In this document: piece after piece, positions 7,457 through 13,511 of the stretch
Layout of the letters: every line of letters begins with the position of its first letter
Numbering within the stretch: the first letter of the stretch is position 1
Virus genome (UHGV): UHGV-0070361
Strand: one strand, 5' to 3'
From: a virus
Length of the DNA: 15,225 nt
The notes under the pieces: generated by a model
What the model saw: only the letters and a program-made list of their open reading frames with translations
What the model was told of the DNA's origin: nothing
Databases searched by the model: none
Position numbers and translations under genes: made by a program

Positions 7457-7971
7457 TGTTCTTTAAAACATCAAACCCTGCCGCGCTGGCTGCGTGGCAA
7501 AAATACCAGCAGGACTGCCAGACGGTAAAAGATGAGGCGAAACGCCTTGAGGCCGTGCTGAATGTTGCGTGCCGGTCGGTATTTGAATTCAGTATCAGTG
7601 GCTTTTGTTTTAAGGGGCTGCGCTTTATGGATGACAAATATCCTTTTCATCGCGACTTATGGCGAAAACCAACTGCGTCGAATGGCTGGAGCTGTACGCC
7701 GCGCACATCACGTATCCCTAAAACCCTGCGTGTTGCCTCTGATGAACTGAACATTCTGTGGCGTGAATATTCGCCCGTCACGTATGCCAGAACCGATGCC
7801 CTGTTGTTCTGGCTGGGTATTGATTTCTCGGCAATCATGTTTGGCCCTGTGAAGTGGTTCTGCGTTGACGATGTGATTTACCTTGAGTGCGGCGTAAAAC
7901 CCGCAAATCAGAAAATGACCGAAATTCTGTCTGATGAGTTTTATGCTGCTGAAAAGCGAGTCAGGGGGTGA
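7456..7971 (+). CDS. Hypothetical protein, 171 aa
   Basis: ATG overlaps the previous stop (TAATG). GGAGG 7 nt upstream. No recognisable motif. Confidence 0.5.
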   Translation: MFFKTSNPAALAAWQKYQQDCQTVKDEAKRLEAVLNVACRSVFEFSISGFCFKGLRFMDDKYPFHRDLWRKPTASNGWSCTPRTSRIPKTLRVASDELNILWREYSPVTYARTDALLFWLGIDFSAIMFGPVKWFCVDDVIYLECGVKPANQKMTEILSDEFYAAEKRVRG

Positions 7972-7974
7972 TGT

Positions 7975-8526
7975 ATGATGATTTTACAACCCATGGGGCG
8001 AAAAGGTCAGGCACCTGCTCATGTCCGTGCGTGGACACCTGAAGAAGATGCGCTGCTGATTGCGCTTTATCCATCCACCCCGGTTAAGAATATTGCTGTC
8101 AGGGTAAAAAGAAGTTTCTGGGGTGTACATAACCGGATTGTTTTATTACGCGGTACTTACCCGGAGTTGCTCAAATGCAAACGTCCAAGATTTAAACATG
8201 ATGAAGATAAATTTATCCGAAAAAATGCCAGAACGATGACCGGTAAGCAAATAGGAGAATATCTGGGGCGAGACCGGGATTCTGTCCACAATCGGGCGCG
8301 ATATATTGGCGTAAGCATGAAAAAATACGGAGAATTGCTGCCCTTCACCCGTATACCTGACGATGATGTTCATCTTATTCGTGAATTACGGGATGCTGAA
8401 TCACCACGACGTCTTACCTTCCGGGAAATAGGCGAGAAATTTGAATTATCCGAGAGTACGGTGAATTTTATTTATCACCATCGCCGGACTGCCGGGGACG
8501 CTGTATTACGGGAGTTAACGCCATGA
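7975..8526 (+). CDS. Hypothetical DNA-binding protein with three HTH-like repeats, 183 aa
   Basis: AGGGGG 6 nt upstream. Three internally similar segments: KNIAVRVKRSFWGVHNRIVLL, MTGKQIGEYLGRDRDSVHNRARYIG and LTFREIGEKFELSESTVNFIYHHRR, each resembling a sigma70 region-4/LuxR-like HTH. Confidence 0.5.
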   Translation: MMILQPMGRKGQAPAHVRAWTPEEDALLIALYPSTPVKNIAVRVKRSFWGVHNRIVLLRGTYPELLKCKRPRFKHDEDKFIRKNARTMTGKQIGEYLGRDRDSVHNRARYIGVSMKKYGELLPFTRIPDDDVHLIRELRDAESPRRLTFREIGEKFELSESTVNFIYHHRRTAGDAVLRELTP

Positions 8527-8855
8527 TAACGACCTTATTTGTTGAATCAGACGAACCTCTGGTATGTGCCGCCGGGATGCCGGTCTGTGGCGGAACCCTG
8601 ACCGGGGTTTATTTCGGGGATTTGCGCGGTTATCCCTGGCATTCACTGAATGATGCTTTCCCGCCTGATATGGAGGCTGTTGTACTGATTGTTCAGTACG
8701 GTCACCGACAGGAGCTGCGCATCGGCCATATCGGGTATGAAGGTTTTTTTGTTGATGAAGAAACCGGAGCCTGCCTTGAAGATGAGGATGGACAGGTGAC
8801 GCACTGGTGCCATATTTCGGCTTTACCGGAATTACGGGAGATACACAATGGATGA
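8523..8855 (+). CDS. Hypothetical protein, 110 aa, possibly DUF551-like (C-terminal VTHW ... LPE)
   Basis: ATGA overlap with the previous gene. The C-terminal motif QVTHWCHISALPE resembles the THWMPLPEPP ending that I recall for DUF551 prophage proteins; weak recognition. Confidence 0.4.
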   Translation: MITTLFVESDEPLVCAAGMPVCGGTLTGVYFGDLRGYPWHSLNDAFPPDMEAVVLIVQYGHRQELRIGHIGYEGFFVDEETGACLEDEDGQVTHWCHISALPELREIHNG

Positions 8856-9159
8856 GCAAATAACGGACAATATTTCTCTGCTGTTCTGGTGTTTATATAT
8901 CACATCGTTTTTCGGCGCATTTGTTATCACCCGGTGGTTATGCCGGAAAATTATCAGCCTTTTTGATAAAAGATATCTGCTTGAGCTGGCTGCGGATGCG
9001 CTTATTCAGCAGGCCATTGTGTTATACAGCGGTGAGTTTTTCTGCCGAATAACAACCAGAGATGGCTGGCACATAATGATTATTCCGCCAACGCATCATA
9101 TCCGGTGGAATGAGCCAGAAAAGGCTTTCCATGTCCGTAAAAAGGTAAATACGGTATGA
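8848..9159 (+). CDS. Hypothetical small membrane protein, 103 aa, one N-terminal TM helix
   Basis: 8-nt overlap with the previous gene. Hydrophobic segment ISLLFWCLYITSFFGAFVITRWL. Contains copy 2 of the 20-nt element near its 5' end. Confidence 0.45.
   Translation: MDEQITDNISLLFWCLYITSFFGAFVITRWLCRKIISLFDKRYLLELAADALIQQAIVLYSGEFFCRITTRDGWHIMIIPPTHHIRWNEPEKAFHVRKKVNTV
8892..8911. repeat. 20-nt element TTTATATATCACATCGTTTT, copy 2 of 2
   Basis: 19/20 identical to 6227..6246; lies inside the coding sequence of the membrane-protein gene at 8848. Confidence 0.6.
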
Positions 9160-9665
9160 GAGGAAAACTGATATCTGCCATTCATGTGGCAAAACGCGAG
9201 CTTGCTCTGGATGATGAAACCTATACATCCGCACTGCTGGCAGCCACCGGTAAAGCCAGTTGCCGGGATATGTCACCGGATGAGTTATCCCGCGTACTGG
9301 ATGTTTTCAAAAAACGCGGTTTTAAAGTGCGTCAGAAACCGGTTAACCGGGCCTTAAAGCCGGGTACGGTGACCGCCAAAATTCGCGCCATCTGGAAAGT
9401 GATGCACCGGCAGGGCTTTATTTCTGATGGTGCGGAAACGGCCCTTAACCGCTGGGTGAAATCGCAGACGGCCGCGCAGAACGGCGGCGAAGGTGTGGCT
9501 AACTGGCAGTGGCTGGAGCAACACCCCGAGCTGGCCTCTGATGTGCTGGAGCGTCTCAAACGCTGGCACCGCCGCAAAATGCTGGCAGCCCTGGATATGT
9601 CGGAGCGTGCAGTGATGAGTTATGAGCGCGTTTGCAGGCTGTATGAAAAATCATTCCCCTGTTAA
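9156..9665 (+). CDS. gemA: GemA-like phage regulatory protein (Mu gp16 / DUF1018 family)
   Basis: 169 aa. N-terminus LISAIHVAKRELALDDETYTSALLAATGKASCRDMSPDELSRVLDVFKKRGF fits the conserved GemA-family pattern as I recall it (LIAKIH.AK..LGLDD..YR ... TGK.S ... GF). Lies upstream of the Mor-family gene as in Mu. ATGA overlap with the previous gene. Confidence 0.75.
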   Translation: MRGKLISAIHVAKRELALDDETYTSALLAATGKASCRDMSPDELSRVLDVFKKRGFKVRQKPVNRALKPGTVTAKIRAIWKVMHRQGFISDGAETALNRWVKSQTAAQNGGEGVANWQWLEQHPELASDVLERLKRWHRRKMLAALDMSERAVMSYERVCRLYEKSFPC

Positions 9666-9668
9666 CCC

Positions 9669-9699
9669 AAATCCCGCCACAGTGCGGGATTTTATTTTT
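9669..9699 (+). terminator. Rho-independent terminator hairpin AAATCCCGC-cacagt-GCGGGATTT followed by TATTTTT; left copy of a duplicated pair
   Basis: Perfect 9-bp stem, 6-nt loop and T-run, starting 4 nt after the gemA stop. The stop codon of the antisense gene 9692..10114 lies inside its T-tail. Confidence 0.75.
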
Positions 9700-10114
9700 C
9701 CTGAATTTCCGTTTCTGACGGGATTATGCAACCAATTGTTTCATCTGGTTTTTCATATAACGCTATCAATTTAGCCAGCTCATCAGCATCAAAGTTATAA
9801 AATTCAGTTTGTTTAGTTGTCTCCTGATAGTGTTCCCAGCTACGAACAATGACGCTACGAATAACTTTCTTTTCCGGGGGTGTTTGTTTTGTTGGTTTAC
9901 GATGTAACCACGTCTGAAACATACTGGCTAATGCCTGCCAGAACCCATCGCATGAAGCTGCGGCCAGAACGATCAATACAATATCGCTTCCGGCAGCACT
10001 AAGTGTTGCTGCTTCTATATTATGATTTGTAAGTTTATACTCTTTCGCCAGATCATTGAGTTCATGGGCCAGTTCTGGTGGGCACGATAAAAGCAAAGAT
10101 GGAGGTTGTTTCAT
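9692..10114 (-). CDS. Hypothetical protein, 140 aa, antisense to the phage early operon, inside the hairpin-bracketed AT-rich insertion
   Basis: Long ORF in AT-rich DNA. Over the stretch I tabulated, codon first positions are G/A-rich and third positions AT-rich, consistent with real coding. AGGAAG-type RBS 6-9 nt upstream on the minus strand. No recognisable family by eye. Confidence 0.5.
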   Translation of the reverse strand: MKQPPSLLLSCPPELAHELNDLAKEYKLTNHNIEAATLSAAGSDIVLIVLAAASCDGFWQALASMFQTWLHRKPTKQTPPEKKVIRSVIVRSWEHYQETTKQTEFYNFDADELAKLIALYEKPDETIGCIIPSETEIQEK

Positions 10115-10349
10115 GGATATCTTCCTTTATTCCGGTGGAACGCTGTCAGGCAGACTGAAATTATTTGTTTTTGCACTGGAGCAAGCCTGGTGTGCTTTAA
10201 GAGTTGGGATAATTGGTTTTCATGTTGATGAAACAACAATAACCCGCAATATGCACAAGCTTTTTGATAAGAAAAACTCCTTCAGGGTTTGTATTTTTAA
10301 AAATAAAAACGATCTTTATCATATAGTTACACCGGAAAATGATCAATAA
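10113..10349 (+). CDS. Possible small protein, 78 aa, inside the insertion (alternative or additional to the antisense gene)
   Basis: Internal ATG 10113 of ORF 10056..10349 with a strong GGAGG 7 nt upstream; stop about 40 nt before the right-hand terminator hairpin. Its start overlaps the antisense gene's start by 2 nt (CATG). Could instead be the promoter/leader region of the antisense gene. Confidence 0.3.
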   Translation: MDIFLYSGGTLSGRLKLFVFALEQAWCALRVGIIGFHVDETTITRNMHKLFDKKNSFRVCIFKNKNDLYHIVTPENDQ

Positions 10350-10388
10350 ATACACAGCTCATTTCGGGTTATGATTTACAGCGCCTCT

Positions 10389-10419
10389 AAATCCCGCCAC
10401 AGCGCGGGATTTTTATTTT
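10389..10419 (+). terminator. Rho-independent terminator hairpin AAATCCCGC-cacagc-GCGGGATTT followed by TTATTTT; right copy of the duplicated pair
   Basis: Near-identical to 9669..9699 (one loop substitution, slightly different T-tail). Lies 35 nt upstream of the Mor-family gene. Confidence 0.75.
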
Positions 10420-10454
10420 AAACTTGCCCTGTGTAATGATGACCGGAGGCGGGT

Positions 10455-10877
10455 ATGGCTGAAACACAGATGAGCATGTTTGGTGACAGCGAACAGCTGC
10501 ACGCGCTGATTGACCGTCTGGATGACATTCCTGATGATGAGCTGAAAAAGAACTGGCCCGGCACGCTGCGGGACCTGGTTGATGTGATCAGTGCTGAACT
10601 GCACCGTCAGGGGATTGAACCTGCTCAGGCAGGAATGCTTGCCCGTAAAGTTGCGGCCGCACAGGCCGGGTACATGGGCGGGCGTGGTTATTATCTCCCG
10701 GTCGGTGAATCCCTTTTCACCGAACTGCGCAATAATGAGATTTTTTCCCGCTGGAGCCAGGGCGAAAAAATTGAAACCCTGCGCCGCCATTACAGGATGT
10801 CAGAAACCCAGATTTATACCGTCATACGCGAACAGCGCCGTCTGCATCTGGCAAGAACGCAACCGCCACTTTTCTGA
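10455..10877 (+). CDS. mor: Mor/C-family transcriptional activator (middle/late gene activator of Mu-like phages)
   Basis: 140 aa. C-terminal two-thirds align by eye with Mu Mor as I recall it (GYMGGRGYYLPVGESL ... IETLRRHYRMSETQIYTVIREQRRL ... QPPLF against GGGQVYIPRGQAL ... TTRYGVTFNTVYKAIRRMRRL ... QPSLL). GGAGG 5 nt upstream. Only one family member is present in the window. Confidence 0.8.
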   Translation: MAETQMSMFGDSEQLHALIDRLDDIPDDELKKNWPGTLRDLVDVISAELHRQGIEPAQAGMLARKVAAAQAGYMGGRGYYLPVGESLFTELRNNEIFSRWSQGEKIETLRRHYRMSETQIYTVIREQRRLHLARTQPPLF

Positions 10878-10948
10878 TATTCCGCAAAGCCTGCCGCCTT
10901 TCCTTCACCGTTACGCTGACTCAGAGAACATCATGAGACAGCGTAACA

Positions 10949-11449
10949 ATGCCAAAACTCCCCGCACCACTGCGTAAAAAGCTGATTGCCCTTGTTCTGG
11001 CCGGTGCCGGGACGTTCACCATTACCACGCATTACACCGGTTACTGGGAAGGGAAAGAAAACTCCACGTATATCGATCCCACCGGTACACCAACCATCTG
11101 TTACGGCCATACCGGCCCGGATGTGAAACCGGGTATGACCCTGACGGATGAAGAATGCCTGGAACTACTGGAAAAGGACATGAAATGGGCCTTTGCGGCC
11201 ATTGATCGGCGTGTTCAGGTGCCGCTTACCCGTGGTCAGACGGTGGCGCTGGCTTCGTGGATCTTCTGGGCTGGTGAAACGAACTTCCGCAACTCCACGC
11301 TTCTGCGCCTGATCAATGCCGGGCAGATGCCCGCGTCCTGTAAGCAGTACATCCGCTGGATTTATTCGAAGGGGGTGAAACTCCCCGGTCTTGAGGCCCG
11401 CCGTTCGGCGGATGAATGGTTATGTCGCTACGATTTGCCGAAAGTCTGA
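10949..11449 (+). CDS. SAR endolysin, T4-type lysozyme fold (GH24) with N-terminal signal-anchor-release domain
   Basis: 166 aa. Catalytic region YWEGKENSTYIDPTGTPTICYGHTG fits the E...D...T lysozyme motif. N-terminus KKLIALVLAGAGTFTITT is a Gly/Ala-rich weakly hydrophobic SAR-type segment preceded by basic residues. Confidence 0.85.
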   Translation: MPKLPAPLRKKLIALVLAGAGTFTITTHYTGYWEGKENSTYIDPTGTPTICYGHTGPDVKPGMTLTDEECLELLEKDMKWAFAAIDRRVQVPLTRGQTVALASWIFWAGETNFRNSTLLRLINAGQMPASCKQYIRWIYSKGVKLPGLEARRSADEWLCRYDLPKV

Positions 11450-11561
11450 ACCGCTTCTGGCGACCGCTCATGATTGCGCTGCTGTGTGCCGTTGTGCTGC
11501 TGCGGGGTGTGCTGTGGCTGCGGTGAATAATCCCTTACCGGCCCTGATTGCCGGAGGCTGT

Positions 11562-11912
11562 ATGGCGGCGCTGGGGGTGATGAGCGTGCTGGCTGCCGTG
11601 GTATGGGGAATGCACCAGAAGACGCAGCGCCTTGAGGACAATAATCATGTGCTTGTGCGCGAACGGGACGAAGCCCGTCTGGTGCTGGCAAACCAGCAAC
11701 GCACCCTGCAACTCATTTCACAAATCAGTGAGGCGGCCACGAATGAAAAACAACAGAACATTCAGCACAGCGAGGGGCAGCAGAGCGTTGTCCGCCGGTC
11801 GCTGGCAGCAGTGCCTGCGGCCTCTGCCCCTGTTCCTGATGATGTGGCTGATCGGGTGCGCCGGGCCGTCTGTGAAATACGTGCCTGTGAAGCCGGTGCC
11901 GATCCCCGCTGA
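11562..11912 (+). CDS. Putative i-spanin (Rz-like): N-terminal TM segment plus charged coiled-coil periplasmic domain; start uncertain
   Basis: Start set at ATG 11562 (GGAGG 4 nt upstream) within ORF 11391..11912. N-terminal hydrophobic stretch AALGVMSVLAAVVW, then QKTQRLEDNNHVLVRERDEARLVLANQQRTLQ, with C-terminal Cys residues. Contains an embedded out-of-frame lipoprotein gene. An in-frame GTG at 11523 is an alternative start. Confidence 0.55.
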   Translation: MAALGVMSVLAAVVWGMHQKTQRLEDNNHVLVRERDEARLVLANQQRTLQLISQISEAATNEKQQNIQHSEGQQSVVRRSLAAVPAASAPVPDDVADRVRRAVCEIRACEAGADPR

Positions 11913-12114
11913 ATGGCTGGCTGACTGCCTGGTGCCTCCTGCGCCGGAGCCGTTCACGTTTGGGGCATCGGTCACTTACAACCTGCAACTGCTGGCGGTG
12001 ATCAAGAACTGCAACGTGGACAAGGCCAGTATTCGTCGTCTGGAGGCGCGGCGACAACATGAATTTACTGATATGGCCGGAACGCCTGCTGTTCCGGCAG
12101 GAAAGACGAAGTAA
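11743..12114 (+). CDS. Putative o-spanin (Rz1-like outer-membrane lipoprotein), starts inside the i-spanin gene in the +1 frame and extends beyond it
   Basis: Lipobox LIGC (Cys codon 11856-11858) followed by Pro-rich mature region VKYVPVKPVPIPAEW ... PPAPEP. Start set at ATG 11743; an in-frame TTG at 11788 would give a more typical signal-peptide length. Confidence 0.55.
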   Translation: MKNNRTFSTARGSRALSAGRWQQCLRPLPLFLMMWLIGCAGPSVKYVPVKPVPIPAEWLADCLVPPAPEPFTFGASVTYNLQLLAVIKNCNVDKASIRRLEARRQHEFTDMAGTPAVPAGKTK

Positions 12115-12123
12115 GGAAAAGCT

Positions 12124-12351
12124 ATGGATGATTCAGATCGTGCTCAGGCTGTGATGGAGCGGGGATCAGAACGCGCCCTTTGTAACCGGCTGACACGTAA
12201 GTGCCGGGCAATGGATGCTCCGGGCAGACGTGTCTGCGCAGACTGTGGCGGAGAGATCCCCGCCGCACGTCTTGTTGCTGTGCCGGATGCCATCCGTTGT
12301 GTGAACTGCCAGAACATCATGGAGGCCCGTCATGTGGGTCAGCATCGTTAA
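12124..12351 (+). CDS. TraR/DksA-family C4 zinc-finger protein
   Basis: 75 aa with exact Cx2Cx17Cx2C spacing (CADC ... CVNC). AAGGAAAA RBS before the ATG. Confidence 0.7.
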   Translation: MDDSDRAQAVMERGSERALCNRLTRKCRAMDAPGRRVCADCGGEIPAARLVAVPDAIRCVNCQNIMEARHVGQHR

Positions 12352-12640
12352 AGATTATGTTGTGCCGATCCTTTCGGCGACGGCAACCGCTGGCGGGATA
12401 TTCATGGCGCTGATGCGCAAAACGTTTGTCCCCCGCGAGGCCTTTGAAAAACTCTCCGACCGCGTTGAGAAGGTGGAAACCCGCCTGTCGTCACTGCCGA
12501 CAGAAGCCGAGGTCAACCGTCTGAATGTGGAAATCGTGACCCTGCGGGGTGAACTGAAAACCACGAACGCCACGCTCCGCTCTGTCTCCTATCAGAACGA
12601 ACTGCTGCTGGAGCAGGCTGTAAGGAAAAAAACGCAATGA
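12332..12640 (+). CDS. Small membrane protein with coiled-coil tail, Mu gp25-like (DUF2730-type); possible lysis accessory
   Basis: 102 aa. N-terminal TM VVPILSATATAGGIFMALM, then charged heptad-like region. Overlaps the TraR stop by 20 nt. Family assignment is by architecture and position only. Confidence 0.45.
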   Translation: MWVSIVKDYVVPILSATATAGGIFMALMRKTFVPREAFEKLSDRVEKVETRLSSLPTEAEVNRLNVEIVTLRGELKTTNATLRSVSYQNELLLEQAVRKKTQ

Positions 12641-12927
12641 GTGATTTCATTACTGAAGATCAGCGTCTGGTCATTCTGCGGTCGCTGGCAGATTACAACG
12701 GTGAACTGGGTGAATCCGTGCTCCAGGACTGTCTGGATGATTACGGTCACCACGTGTCCCGCGACACCGTTCACACCCACATTGCCTGGCTTGCCGAACA
12801 GGGACTGGTGCGCAAACGCGTTCTGATTAACGGTTATTTCATCGCAGAGCTGACCGGCCGGGGGCAGGATGTGGCGGAAGGCCGCGCCAGTGTTCCGGGT
12901 GTGAAGAAACCACGCGCAAGGGGGTAA
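12637..12927 (+). CDS. Small winged-helix protein, Mu gp26-like, upstream of the terminase genes
   Basis: 96 aa. ATGA overlap with the previous gene. wHTH-like segment RLVILRSLADYNGELGESVLQDCL ... HIAWLAEQGLVRK. Confidence 0.4.
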   Translation: MSDFITEDQRLVILRSLADYNGELGESVLQDCLDDYGHHVSRDTVHTHIAWLAEQGLVRKRVLINGYFIAELTGRGQDVAEGRASVPGVKKPRARG

Positions 12928-12929
12928 CG

Positions 12930-13511
12930 ATGGACAAGCCGACGCGTGGCCGCGTGCGCAAGGTGGATTTGCTCCCCGACAGCATCCGTAAGCCGCTGCT
13001 GGAAATGCTGCGTGAAAAACGTCTGACGCAGGTCCAGATCCGCGAGGAAATCAACCGTCTGATCCGCGAGGCAGGCCTGCCGGAAGAGCAGCAGCTTTCA
13101 CCGGCGGCCATCAGCCGGGAAGCCTCCCGTAATGAGCTGATTGCCCGCAATCTGCGTGATTTGCGCGAGCAGACAAAAGCCATGATGGCTGAACTGGGGG
13201 ATAAGCCGACCGGTGAAACTACGGCGCTGATTCTGGAGATGTCCCGTGCCCTGATGTACCGCCGTCTGCGTGCCGCCACCGAATCCCTGAACAGCGACAG
13301 CGACGTGGATATGCGCCTCATCAAGGACATCCTCCTGTCGGCACAGCGTGCGGAAAGTGCCGCCGAGCGCAGCATTAAGCGTGAAAAAGAAATCCGGGCC
13401 GCATTTGCTGAAGAGATGGCGAACGCGCTCACCGACGAACTGCGCGGCGTGGACGGGATGAGTGAACAGCTTGAGTCCCGTATTAAGGGGATTCTGTTGG
13501 GTAAAGTCTGA
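12930..13511 (+). CDS. Putative terminase small subunit (Mu gp27-like, DUF3486-type)
   Basis: 193 aa, highly charged helical protein directly upstream of the large terminase and overlapping its start (ATGA). Assignment by position and character. Confidence 0.5.
   Translation: MDKPTRGRVRKVDLLPDSIRKPLLEMLREKRLTQVQIREEINRLIREAGLPEEQQLSPAAISREASRNELIARNLRDLREQTKAMMAELGDKPTGETTALILEMSRALMYRRLRAATESLNSDSDVDMRLIKDILLSAQRAESAAERSIKREKEIRAAFAEEMANALTDELRGVDGMSEQLESRIKGILLGKV

Noticed and set aside
10413-10977. ORFs 10413..10790 (-) and 10591..10977 (+, out of frame) overlapping the Mor-family gene
   Set aside because: The Mor-family frame has strong collinear similarity to a known family; the others are alternative-frame readings of the same DNA.
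11428-12060. Minus-strand ORFs antisense to the spanin genes (11428..11691, 11718..11975, 11725..12060)
   Set aside because: Pro/Arg/Gln-rich low-complexity products typical of antisense reading of GC-rich coding DNA; the + strand spanin architecture with lipobox explains the region.
12839-13432. Minus-strand 197-aa ORF antisense to the gp27-like gene
   Set aside because: Extremely Arg/Ser-rich low-complexity translation; a shadow ORF of the + strand charged helical protein.
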